From Tubulanus polymorphus (lineage: Eukaryota; Animalia; Nemertea): a DNA stretch of 64,000 nt. Every line of letters starts with the position of its first letter. Position 1 is the stretch's first letter. The DNA is taken from assembly GCF_964204645.1 (NCBI RefSeq), contig NC_134030.1, positions 8,599,122 through 8,663,121 on the forward strand, written 5' to 3'. Below the pieces are notes generated by a model. The model saw only the letters and a program-made list of their open reading frames with translations. It was not told the DNA's origin and did no database searches. Positions 12,851-25,654 of the stretch are shown piece after piece. A program made the translations under genes and the position numbers.

Positions 12851-14819
12851 TGAGAGAGTCGCCACAAGTGATAAAAGTCAATATTTATTCGAAGAAAACT
12901 CATGATAGAAATATTCGATGAAATAAACAAAGCAGGGCCAAGCCCAAAGAGCTTCATTTGAATCAACCTTTGATCGTTGCAAAAAACTTCATGAAACGAT
13001 TGAAAGGTTCTAATGTGAATCATATTTTTTTTATACAAAATATTATGCCAGATTACGTGCTTGAGGAATTATAATGTAAGTTGCTCAACCACGATGAAAA
13101 AGGACCAACCACAATGGACGTATAAACTAGGACAATTTACTAATGTTCTTATATCCTCATTCATCAAGAAACTCTACTCTATTTTACGATAGGACCTTAA
13201 TTAAATCGCTATCACATGAACCACTGAAAGCTCTACAGTGGTGAAAAAGTTGCTAAACTGAACTATTAAACTGAACTAAATAAATATAACGCCCCGCTGA
13301 GATGGAATGTTTATTCGGGAATCCGTCGATACTTTTAAACGCACGGTGTTGCTGCTGGGCTGGGTGCAGTCTAACTCTTTAGAAATTCGGCTCGGCGGGC
13401 ACGAGGGCGGCTAGAGTCCCTTTTTCCTTAGTATACTGCATAAGAGCAATTCTAATGACATTTGGTGGAGATTTCTAAGATCGTACTTGATGATGGTGAA
13501 AGGGTTTGGATATTCTACTGTCATATTTTTCGGACCAGTACCGTACCGTACCCTCTGTAAGACATGGACACGTTTAATAAAGTATCATATTAATCAGCGC
13601 AGAAAGTCTAATGAAAACACACCGTACACTTTAGCAGGGTGTATTTAATAGATTGCACGGCGAACCTTTTGAATGCATTCAGTTTTCAATGAATTGAGAA
13701 TATCAAAGCTTATTGCATTATGAATGTCTTGTGCACATTAACGTTAGTTACGCCGTGTAATAATCGGTTTATTGCAGTTCGCTATAATACAGTACTGGTG
13801 TGTATTGTTACCACTGTGGACATTCATTATCGTTGCGCAAGAATCCGTGAAAATTAAACACTTGGATAAATATAAACGCACCCCGGGATTACGACTACCA
13901 CGCCTAATTTTTTGTATGATATATATTTTCGATAGGCCGTAAATATTGTGTCTTGCTGCAGTGCTGTATAAATCCAGATGCGGGTTACATTACATGTGTC
14001 TGATATTTCGGATCCAAGCGTTCCGCCGTGTTAAAGTTTCGCTTGGGTTCGTTCTCCATTGTGCCGAATGATGGCTAATAAGAAATAAGACATCTAGTTG
14101 CAAGGAGAATCACACTTAACGTCTATAGAAAAGTGACAAAGTGATCGTGTGCGACATGCCATTTTTCAAGTATATATGCAATCAGTATTGGATATTTTGA
14201 AAAATTGTACACATCGGATAAAAAGGTATTGAAGGCTTTGTTTGAATGATTGAATATGCCGTAAATAATGTTTTCCTCGTTGAAACGAAGAAAATTGGTC
14301 GAACCTTTTAATAGCCGAGAATGCATGGTCACAGGAGGGAAGGTCATTTCTGGTATTCGCGCCATCTCGTCCAGACAATATTTGCGACGAAACGGAACCC
14401 CAATTAATTCGACTCAATGTCCCGTGTAATGGTACGGTAAACAAGTAAACCATAAGACCGTTAGCCTTGTCTTTCTAACTTCCATATAAGGCACGCATAA
14501 GATCCTATTTATTAAGCAGAGGTTATTAGTTTACATCGTGCGTCTTTCGATATTATTTGTTAACCATGCGGAAAACAGTACGGTTAGTATACATACTTTA
14601 AATGGTGTTGTCTTATTGCAGTGCGCTGAGCTGATCACACCATCGTCTGTATAAATGGAGTTTTACAGTTAAGAATCTTCAATAAGGTATGTATAAATTA
14701 GCTTTAGACATTTTATTTCGTTGTTTTGGTACGAAATGCTTTGGTTTCGTTGAAGTTGGTTTTATGAGTTATAACCGCGTGTATGGTTTGCTACATATTC
14801 CTTTTCTTCCAGATTTGAA

Positions 14820-15902
14820 ATGTCGGCAAAATCTGCTGGTGGTCGACCCCCTGTTAACATCGAACGTGAACAGGCTCTGAACCGAGCCAAACACCCGATA
14901 GAAAGCCGACTAGGTGGTTACATTCTGCGACAATCTGGATCCGAGGATAAATTACTCCTTGATCGTTTGAATAGGATCGACAAATATTACAAACGTTCGC
15001 AGGTTCACAATGAAAACCAACGAAAGTTGTTTCTATCCCAACAGGAACAATATAGACTCCACCCATCTTTGATAGTTGAAAGATCGCCCAGTGCCGATGC
15101 AAGAAGAGGTGGCTACGCCGGGGAAAATTCCCGGGTACCTCATTATATGGCACAGCTGGCGTCGAAAACTAAACAACCGTCCATGTTGCCCACGATCGAC
15201 GCGTTTGTGGTGCAGTCGAATAGAAAGAAAAACATCTGGGAATTCGACAAAAACGACCAAGACGCGGTTAAATTCCGTAGTGTCGTTCCGCCGAGTGGAC
15301 CACTGCGTAAGGACGAGAAGAAGATACTTCATCGCGGCCTGACGATGCACGAAACGAAGGTGATAAATTCGGCCCCGCAGTACGGACGCGCGCGAGTGCA
15401 ACCTTTCAAGCAACTTCCACGCGATATTCGCAGCGCAATATGCCGCGTAGAGCCGATTAATTACCGCGATGACTTCGACTCGAAGGAAGAACTGACATCA
15501 GACGACAATAACGGCACGACAACGGCGGCGACAGAATCACCCGTGTTTATCACGCAGGGCCACGGCGTTGCCAAAAAGCAACGACGTAAATCGGTGAAAT
15601 TCGCTAACGACGTTTTAGTACACGACATCGACCCACGTTACGACGCCTGGACGAACATCTCGAACAACAAGAAATACAAACGTATCATGCCGACTCAAGT
15701 TTATCAAACCGATTTTCCACCGATAATGCGGACCAATACATACACTAACACTTACGCAGACGTAAGACCTCGTTATAACGCTCCCATTTTGTCCCATTCT
15801 AGTCCGGCCATGGCGATCCTTTCATCGGCTTCTCGTACTGCTCGTAAGGATCCACGCCAAATCACTACGTCGACCGCGCCGGAACTCCACGTGCTAATGT
15901 AA
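14820..15902 (+). CDS. Uncharacterised 360-aa protein, single coding exon
   Basis: Long ORF, richer in GC than its flanks, starting just after an acceptor (ttccag|ATTTGAAATG); candidate 5' UTR exon 14622-14686 (ttgcag|...AAG|gtatgt). No family recognised. Confidence 0.75.
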   Translation: MSAKSAGGRPPVNIEREQALNRAKHPIESRLGGYILRQSGSEDKLLLDRLNRIDKYYKRSQVHNENQRKLFLSQQEQYRLHPSLIVERSPSADARRGGYAGENSRVPHYMAQLASKTKQPSMLPTIDAFVVQSNRKKNIWEFDKNDQDAVKFRSVVPPSGPLRKDEKKILHRGLTMHETKVINSAPQYGRARVQPFKQLPRDIRSAICRVEPINYRDDFDSKEELTSDDNNGTTTAATESPVFITQGHGVAKKQRRKSVKFANDVLVHDIDPRYDAWTNISNNKKYKRIMPTQVYQTDFPPIMRTNTYTNTYADVRPRYNAPILSHSSPAMAILSSASRTARKDPRQITTSTAPELHVLM

Positions 15903-17240
15903 CTCTCGGCCTCTTTTTACAAATAGCATCCCATGCTTCAAATCTGGAGTGGCTTTTAACCAGGATCCGAATGAGACTTAAACGGACTCGATTCGAAGTT
16001 TACAAACTGAGTTTCTACAATTTTATTTTCGACATGTATACTTCGTGTGAATGTGCGCTGGATTCTATTTCTTTGAGTAACTTTTTAATATAGATTGCAT
16101 TAAAATTCGATACATTTTTAATCTCTGAGTCTGTAAGGGATATCGTCATTTGCCAATTCATCGGAGTGCTCCCTGTCTTGATTAACGAGTAGTCTATCAG
16201 CTTTAATGCTCTATTCCTTTCAGCTTTAAGAGTTGATTCCGATAGGTGCTGCCATCTACTGTTTTAATCATATACCTTGGATCGAATAGAACGAATTGCA
16301 TACGACTGCGATGAACTCTAAACTCTTTTTTTCTAGAATTTAGCTATTTCTGAAATGTTTGCTTAGATATATTTTCTTACGAACCGAATTCATTGTTTCG
16401 GTACCTTGATAAAGATGTGTGGTGTAGATGTGTTCAAATACTGTTCCACATTCATTAGTCTTCGGATTTTGAAACTTAACTCGGGTCGTCTAACCTAGTG
16501 CCCGAAGTGACAAAAGATGACGAGCCGAATTTGACCTCAGCCAGCAACCCGAAAAATTCATTCCAGATCGCACCAGAAATTCAATTATAACCCTACGGCT
16601 CGTCAGCAAAATGAATCATTCTATAGCTCTATATTGAACCCTGTTCAGAATATTCGATTGCTCAATGTTGGCGCGACGTATCAGTTAGCGGTGACGGTTG
16701 CATCTTCGTAGAAATCCAATTATACTTGTATATATAAACCACACGGGCCAAAGGAAATCCTGAAGAAGACCTATTATTCGACACTATTTGTCGTAACCGT
16801 ACGGCCGTACGCCGTCACGATATATCACTCGAGTGGCAAATCGTTTACGGATGAAAGAAAAGTATTGGGCGTGGTCGATTTTTCCGTACCAAGATCTCTC
16901 CCTATCGATCTTATATACTTTCACACACTGCCGATCATTATACTGTCGATTATTGGTATAGTATAACATTAGCTCAGTATCTGTGGTGTTGAGTACAGTC
17001 GGTGTCGCCATCCGCTGAATCTCCCGTTTACGATTCCATTATTCAATTAAATCTATTTCCCATTTCATTTAGTATCACGCAAAGTCCGTACATATACGAG
17101 GTGCGAATTTAGTGATAATGAAGGAAAATATACATATGAAGTTCTGTACATGTCATACACTAGATATAATTCTACATCTAAAACGAAGTCACATGTATCA
17201 TAGTGTATTTCAAAAATATGGATCCTTATATCATCGTAAA

Positions 17241-17355
17241 ATAGGGATTGTCCCTGTTATTTATTTGATTAGTAGATTTCGTTTAATTTGTCTTGGTTTG
17301 GTGTCCCTCCTTACAAACCCACCACACCTGCCGCGAGCGAAACAGGGGAGTTTGA
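17241..17355. repeat. Dispersed repeat family A, copy 3
   Basis: Aligns by eye with 1568-1700. Confidence 0.75.
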
Positions 17356-17989
17356 TCCAGAATTTTAGCAACATCTAAATAAAGTATCGTTTGTATTTTT
17401 ACAATTATCAGCTTCTCGTGCGAGGCGAAAGAGAATTGATTTTGTTTGTCTTCGCCATGAACCCAAATCAACGTGAATGAAATACTGGTATACGTGGATC
17501 CCATGAGGCAGTTCGGGTAACACCAGAAGACGAGGTTACGCTGCGGTATTATGACCGGGTTGTCTACCTTGAGACTCGATCAATTTCTTGTACGTTAATT
17601 AGGTGTATAGGCTTGGGGATATATGGGCCAGATATAGCGCCGACCGTGAATCCAAAATGCAACGGCGGTAGAGTGGTGTCTACTTGAGAAAATAGCCCAC
17701 CTGGTATAAAGGTCTGACTAATGCTGTATTTGGAAGGAGTCAACATGGCCGAACAGGCTTCGCTAGCCCGAGTAACGCCCCCCTCCTCTAATATTATCCA
17801 CTTTCTAATGCCATACGTTTCGTTCGTTGCTAGAATTCACAGGGAAGGAATTTGGCCACTAAGCGAACGTATATACTACAAAGTGGCATCGGACCCGGGC
17901 TTTGATTTTCAAATGGCGTAGAACTTTCTGCTTTTCTTTACCTCCCCGCATTTACTGTTTTGGATGACGCCGGGTTCTTTCATTTCCAG

Positions 17990-18196
17990 ATGACAAAAAG
18001 TTACGACAGCAGCATCACCGCCAAACAACACCAACGGCCTTTGAAATATATAAGCGATTGCGCCAGAAGACGCCTGGTTGAAGGTGGTAAAATGAACGAG
18101 GATTACACGATTTCCAAGGCAGCTCATCGTCTGCTTCAGACAGCTCGCGAAGCTCACACTGGGAATACGACGTATCGATCCATCAGAACCGGGTGA
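17990..18196 (+). pseudogene. Possible degenerate last exon of a peptidoglycan-recognition protein (amidase-2)
   Basis: After acceptor tttccag: ...ISDCARRRLVEGGKMNEDYTISKAAHR...GNTTYRSIRTG*, loosely like the PGRP C-terminus (CAV..G.L..DY.L.GHR...CPG..LY..IRTW). Upstream exons not recoverable. Confidence 0.2.
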
Positions 18197-20074
18197 TTTT
18201 GACCTTTCGGAATTGGTTCGTATAGCTTAACATTTACGAAGAGGCCTCTTATGGGTATGTGGTGAGGGTGAGTTAGGGAATGGTTAGCAGCAGTCAGCTA
18301 GTAGCCGTTGTCTCGAAACGATAGAACAGTGTAGTACGTGACCAAACATCGTATTGTACTGTGCTCCCAAGTCACCAACCCAAATCGCACATTCTTGCAT
18401 GATTTTTGCAGACCATTACTGTACGCCTGCCTGCAAAATAAACTGGACATACTGCTCACTATGGAGCACTCGGTATCTTCACTCGGCGCCTTAAGCTATT
18501 ATGATAGCTACGGTTCTGAACCGGGCCGCGGCGTGGTGGCCACCAAATTGTGGTTATCAACAAACGGTGGATGTACTTCAACACGTCGCACCATATCAGC
18601 GTACTAATTGATATCAAACATAAAATCAATGCGTTATCTGAAATTTCAGTTACTCGAGTACATTGATAATATAACGCGCACCTTTCTCCTAACCAGCTCG
18701 ATAAGAAGGTCGAAAGATCGCATATATTCTTACAATACCAATACAATCATCAAGTATACATTATACGTACGTACGTACAATTGGTAACGTGTGTAATTTC
18801 GCACAGTTTGAAGGCCCAATATGTTTTAATAAACACTCGTGGTATCCCTTCCCTTCAGCTGTCTTTTGTAAGCTTATCATATCAAAATTATCAATCAACT
18901 AGGTTTGACTAATACGCAAAGGTCCAGGACCAATGTCCAAAGATGTTGGACAAGAGGTCAATTGAAATGGACTTATGAATAAATGAGGTATGTCTTGATA
19001 GGACCGATAACGTGCATGGTCGAGTCGGGTGATAACTACCGCCGTGTAACCCCGCTTTGGTATTTTTACAAGTATTTCTCCTGAAATCATTACTACAAAT
19101 GTATATGGATAACGGCCTTACGGGCATAAACCACAATAAAATCCCGTATGGTTCTATCGACACGCAAAGCCACCATCAGCGAAAATGATGTCTCGTTTGG
19201 TTTAATGTTGGGTAACGCAAACAAATCTTCCATTATTTACATCTGATGTAGCGGCAGGTGCTCCGTACCATAGTCTGTATCTAATAACAGTCGCAATTCG
19301 CACTGTCGTAATATACGTTCGACGTCACCCGTTATAAGAAAAAGGAAACCGTTATTCTCGTTAATGTAGGCCTACCGAGCGTGCTTAGTTGTCGTTTGAA
19401 CCCCAAACATACATTTCACGATGTATGTTTGAAAAATTGTTTATGACGTGTCCATGCGTATTGTAGGAACTACCTCCTTCGAGAGTCAAAACCAAAAATT
19501 AAGCGTGAATTAGCAAGACTCTTGGGTATACGCATCTTGGTTGACTTGGCTGCGATCATCATTAATTCATTAGACTGGTTATAGAACAAAATATCGTCAT
19601 ATTTTATGTAGTTCTTAAATATCCACCGCGAAGTTGGAAGTGAAATTGGTAATGTATAGATTCATGATTTTCAGAGAATTAAAATTTGTTTGTACGCACA
19701 GTCTGGATTTCTGAAATGCGTATTGTATGCATACACTATCAGGTCCCATGAGTGATTTCAAATACAACGTATAATCTAAGCAGTGTAATTACTTTCCGAA
19801 TGGATACGCTTGAAAATAAAACAACAATCTACGCAAATATGGAGGGAGGCACCGTTTACAGATAATAGTTACGTTGCGCCGAGTGTAGAGCGAGAAGGGG
19901 TCCAACTAGTAGTTCCAGATATAGAGTAGACACACGTTTTCCCGATCCTCCGGGTGATGATACCGTTGATGGTGACAGTTGCATCTTTTGACGTCGCCAT
20001 ATGTATGAACACTTCAGGCCATTCGACATTCATTTATGTAAATGTTCATTTTATGTGTAGTTTAATGTTAATTT

Positions 20075-20369
20075 CAGGCGCAGATCTAGGGGGTCTTAAA
20101 GGTCTTCTGGAAGACCCTCAAAATTTCTAAGTGCCCTCAATACATTTTGCTCGCAAAACAATTTCATGACTCATAATGCAGGAAATGGCTTCAAATCAGT
20201 GCTGGAATCTCAAAATTTTTCTGGCGGGACCTCAGCCCCCGGAAGGGCTTCGCGCTGAAGCAGTGTTAACCTCCGCGCTGCGCTCGGCGTGTTATCAGTG
20301 CCCTTTTCTTTAATGTATGCCCCTAGAATACTGAGAAGACCCTCAGATTCACCCCAAGATCCGCCCCTG
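20075..20369. mobile_element. GC-rich MITE-like element, both ends retained
   Basis: CAGGCGCAGATCTAGGGGG ... CCCCAAGATCCGCCCCTG imperfect terminal inverted repeats. Confidence 0.65.
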
Positions 20370-22558
20370 AATTTTAAGTTGTTGTGGACACTTTCATATT
20401 CATTAATGATTTCTTTGCTAAGCTGTAAGCTCTATTGGAAACCATACAATAAATGACAACATTTCATCCATCATCGGTTCGATGAAGCGCTATTTCCTCG
20501 TCCGACGGTCTGGCGATACACACGGATATTGGAAGTCGATTCCCACCTGACTGACGACCTCTTCCTCCAGCTCCTCGGTCTGGTCGTATGTAGACCGACA
20601 TCCATCTTTGCAGTACCAGACAGGTTGCCAGCCAGTATACGTATATAATAATAGACATTGCTAAAGATTGCACGTACATCGAATAACTGAAAATACCATG
20701 GGACCATCAATTACAGCCAACATTATTGCTAAATTGATGCTCTAGAATAATTAGTTTTCGTCTGCCGGGTCCATCTAAAAAATACTTATTATCATTTAGA
20801 TGCAAATGAATACAAATAGACGGTGATTATGCAGTCAATACTGCATACACCATCATACACCACACGTATTTATTTTCGTATGTGTAATTATAATCTGTAT
20901 GGTAAATTAATAATGTTTTTGTATGTCTATGATGAATTATTTATTGTGTGCTGGAATTTGATTTGCTGAAATTCACTTCCTTCATTGTCGGGAAATTGGA
21001 ATCTGATGGCATCTTGAGTTTGCTAATGGTTACAATCTCTTATCTGGGAGAGAGCTTGGAGGAGCCCGGCAGAGGGCTTTCAGAGAGCCAGTTGGGCACC
21101 TCGGGCAATACGTTAGGAACTCTGCGACTGTGTTTCCATTGATCTACAAAAATAGACGATTAAATCGGATTTAACAAGTTCTAGGTACACTTGTGACACA
21201 TTCTGCGCTCTCCAATTCGCCCGAAGCGTCAATAATTTCAGTTTTGTGTGTTTGGTAAATGGCGTCGATGGCCACCCCGGTGTAAATATTCAAGTCAAAT
21301 GTTTACAGCACTGCTACTCCTTTTGAATAACGATCAGGACCTCGTGCATTTTCCGTTTATATAATTGTTTGTGTAATAGACCTTTTACGTAGTGCTGTGT
21401 AAAATCATCCAATACCTGTCAGAATAATTACTCCGAAGTATGCAAAGTAGTACACGGTAGAACAATCCGTCGCGCTCTAGAAATTATAATATACCTCAAC
21501 ACAAATCTCATTTACAACTGCCCAAGTTCGTTATTGCTAATGCGTTTGGAATCATGTAGGGGTTACAAAATTCAAATTTTATGCGAACGTAATTAATGAA
21601 TGATTCCAAACTGTAAACGTCATGAGCAATAACGAACTTGGGCAGTTGTAAATGAGATTTGTGTTGAGGAATATTATATATACACATTAAGCATTGGCCC
21701 CCTCCTAATGCGTACGTAATAAATAAATGACCCCTTTGCCAATTTGGCCCGGGCCAAATCGTGTCCGTGTGATCGCGGCTTTTGTCATATTTGCGCGATA
21801 GTTTTCTCGGTTCGAAGATGGTGAACGAATGATCGTTCAAAACGCATTTCAGGTCGTGATATGTAGCTGGGAGATCACGGTACGTTGAATGAATAATTGT
21901 TTTTATAGAACTTTCGGTACTGGTAATGTCTTGAAGAGTAAATATTTACGAGCTGTCCAGAACTAACTGTCGGTCTTGTCGTGATAGAACGCGATATTCA
22001 ACGCTTTAAATGACCAAAATGCGGAAACTCATTAACGAATTGGTTTGCCCCGTAAATGAATATAATTGTATTATTCATGAATTCGTCTGCGGCGATGCTA
22101 ACAGGTACCATGTGCGGTGTATAATTAAAGTTATACACCCCGGTATATATGAATACGTCCGCGGTATAATGGACTGTCTTACCCGTGAGAAAAATGCGCA
22201 TATATTCAAATTGAAGTGCTGAGTGTCTTATTCATGAGCGTCATGTCTCGGGCTGTTACACGATTGTATTCGAGTGAAAATATACCGTCGAAGCACCACC
22301 CACACGAGAATATGTATTTCTTATGCTAAACGAGTAACTCCTCGCATAACTGATTAATAGTTCAGAATAGATGGGGTTTTTATTATCATTTCGAAATGTT
22401 ATGAGGGGGCAACTACTTGATAAATGTCAACACTGATAAATGTCACATACTTTTTCTTTCAACGGTCACGCACGACATAAAACTTCTGTTATGACTGTCG
22501 TGAACTGATGTAAATCTCAGTGTAAACCCACAGTTACTTCTGTAAAAACAGTTTATTG

Positions 22559-22600
22559 CCTTACAGTTTCGAGGTTCAAACTAAACCTCATCATCAGAGG
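22559..22600 (-). ncRNA. Minimal type-I hammerhead ribozyme motif
   Basis: CCU-CUGAUGA-U-GAGGUUU(AGUUU)GAACCUC-GAAA-CU-GUA-AGG: both core boxes, 7-bp stem II, 3-bp stem I, vestigial stem III. Confidence 0.6.
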
Positions 22601-22627
22601 AACAAAAAATACAATTGAATTTATGTT

Positions 22628-22669
22628 CCTCTGATGATGAGGTTTAGTTTGAACCGCGAAACTGTAAGG
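22628..22669 (+). ncRNA. Minimal type-I hammerhead ribozyme motif, second inverted copy
   Basis: Same motif with one stem II mismatch (GAACCGC instead of GAACCUC). Confidence 0.55.
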
Positions 22670-25508
22670 CATAAACTGTTTTTACAGAAGTAACTGTGGG
22701 TTTTATTCGTTAACATACTGTTATATTCGTATACATTACATCTATTTTAACCGAGTTCTCAATGGTTTAAAAATCAACTAACTGTTACTCAAGTATTTTT
22801 CTAAATGCGATCATGAAGTAACCGGGTTTCTAATTTTCTGGGATATGTACATGGCTTCAACTATGTGCCTCAAGAAGCGGGTCGCCCAGTTCGTCCATTG
22901 TCTCACTCATTCATTCAAAGATTCGTAGACGAGCCGTGCAATAAAATAAGTTAACCTACAAAGTTCTACTCGTCTCGCTGTATTTATTCTACACCCGGTT
23001 AACGCGGCTCCTCTACGAATCATTTATTCAGCTAATCTTAGGAACGACACGAGTAGAAACATACGTATCGATTCGACCGTCGAAAAAAATTTAGCCGGCG
23101 ATATTCGTTCGATTTCTCGTAATATAAATCGTTCTTCCCAACGCACTCTATCACGCACACACACGGAATTATTATATCAATCTTGCTGCAAAGTGCGACG
23201 GCCGTAAAACCGATATGAGATTTTGATTAACTTCCGGTGTGAAACAGCTGATCACTGTGTATACACGAGTGCTTTTAGATTGCCACGGTACGTACGTCGC
23301 CTCTCAATCTATACATCAGCGGTATTCCAAATACTCAGAAAAATACTTCATCTATATAGAGTAGTTGTATTCAGACAAAGAGCAGACTCCGCCCCAGCCG
23401 GATAACCGTTCAAGTCGGATCGTATTGAAAAGCTATCTATGAAATACATATCATCCAACTCGGATATCGCTACTGTTGAGACCTCCTGTTAATCCGAGGG
23501 AATCTCATGTGGTGCAGCCACGGAAGTAAGCGAGGACCCGGAACCAACCACTTACAAAAATGACGACGATTCATCAACTTTAGACTGGAACTGAAGCTGA
23601 TATTTATCATACCACACTCGTGCAATGAGTGGTCGGAGTTGTAAGATTCTATTCTTCACAACCCAGGCGAACGCAAATCATTTATTCGCTTTCCCGGCAA
23701 GAAAACCAATGTATAAAATTGATCTTGTGCCAGTAATAGGAAATAGATAAATCGATAGGATGTCTGATCGGCTCAGCGGTAATGTACAAGCTCCCGGCTG
23801 CTGTGCTCATACAACGGCCGTTCTCAGTGTAAATTCATGATCGGGTTTGTATACGCCATTAGCGACACGACGGCTAGGACGGACCCTGACAAAATCCAAT
23901 CAATTATACGACCCACCGCCATGTGAATTCTGAATTAGCGTTTTATAATCAGAGGCGGATTGTTCTCTTCTCGATAGGGGGTAGGCTGTGTACATAAACC
24001 AAATTTTCTTATTCATATTGCAGAGAAAACACGACAAAATGCCGGGTCATATTATTTACATTCCATCGCCACTTGATCGTTCCTCGTCGCTCTCCGTCGT
24101 CCCGACCCGGTACCAAACATTCAGCCGTTGTAAACCGTGATACGATATACACATACTTGCCACAGGCGGCTCTTTCCGAGAAAATTTCCCAGGCATTTCT
24201 ATTTCAACTTAAATGTCAAAACTAGTCCGCCTCAACGCAAATATATCACAAACCCTGTCCGCCGAACAAATAATCACCCTCGTTCGGCAATTGTTGAATA
24301 CATAACAGAGACATGATCAAGTTTAGTACTTTCATTATGACAGACTTTACCGCTGTCCTAGAAATTTAGTCCAAAAACCAAAGAATGCCATTCGCTGTGT
24401 ACTTTTTATTTTTGGTGTTATCGCGCTAGACTTGAAAAACCACCTCTCGCCTACAAAACTGAAAGACTCCACAATTCGTAATTTTTGACATATAAAAGAT
24501 CTTTTTATTTTCAACTTTTAATTACAGTCTGTGAGAGATATCAACTACCATATATATATATAATATTTGTCAAACTTAGCCGAAATTTATTTTTCCGTAA
24601 CATTCCATTAACAATTAGAAACACAAAGATGTTTTACTACTTTTCAATCGGAGAAACTACCGTCCGCAGGTACCTCGCACCCACGCACTGACACACGCAG
24701 CATTGTCTACACATACATGTAAGCTGCCCTAGAACAAGTTAGTTTGTGGTAAGTAAATAATGATAATATTCATAATAATAGTAGTAGTAGTAGTTATGAT
24801 ATAGTAATCGTTGATATTCTATTATTCTATCGACAATAATTTTGCACAACACGAATCAGTAGTTTCTATATCGTTCTACTGATTTAGTATTAAGGAATAG
24901 CCACCGAAAGAGAAGAGAGATGCGAATAATAACGAAATCTCTCTCCCTTTATAAGGACTTCAATCACGATATCGTCATCAACCACACAAATTTATGATTA
25001 TCATCATCACCATCATCATCATCATTATCTGAGATCAACCAGCAATCGTACACAATAGACCATAATACAATGTGCAAGCTATATGTATACGCAGTATTGA
25101 GTGAGAATGAAATGTGTGGGCGTGCGCCGTTACTTCTAAAAGCGATTGATTTATATTTGGCCACCATATTAACACTGACTGCAATGTACATGAACCTATA
25201 TACATGTATGTATATGACATACTGACCATAGAGAAATAAACATATAACAATGTATCGATAAAGTGCAACTAACAAAAACTATCTTCGATAGTAGTTAGAT
25301 CCATGTGAAACGGTTTAAAATCGTCGGCCAAAATGCTCGCTTCAGCCAGCAATTATCTGAACTACTATATTCTCACTGTTGTTTGTTTGTTTAAGACACT
25401 CTAGTATTATGCCAAAATCAATACGTATAATTGGAGGAATGTTTCCAGTAGACCCTGGCCAGATGGACCTATGATGAGCTTAATTGTCGTCGCTGAAGAG
25501 TTAATAAT

Positions 25509-25654
25509 ACAGTAGAACCCGCTTAATAATTCGCATCATTTGGAACCAAGAAAATTCATCCGGTTTACGCGAAATCCGGATTTCAAGTCATTTACTCGTA
25601 TATCGATGAACAAACGGATTATAAACATCATCCGGATTAAGCGGTTTTGACTGT
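25509..25654. mobile_element. Tc1/mariner/pogo-type MITE relic
   Basis: ACAGTAGAACCCGCTTAAT ... ATTAAGCGGTTTTGACTGT imperfect inverted termini. Confidence 0.6.

Larger units (their letters stand above)
22524..22703. repeat. 180-bp near-perfect palindrome, probable Penelope-like element relic
   Basis: Arms 22524-22604 and 22624-22703 differ by 1 substitution and 1 indel; 19-nt loop; each arm holds a hammerhead core. Confidence 0.85.

Noticed and set aside
18461-18610. Signal-peptide-like sequence requiring a 1-nt frameshift (MEHSVSSLGAL/AIMIATVLNRAAAWWPPNCG)
   Set aside because: Needs an assumed frameshift and has no downstream exons or recognisable family.
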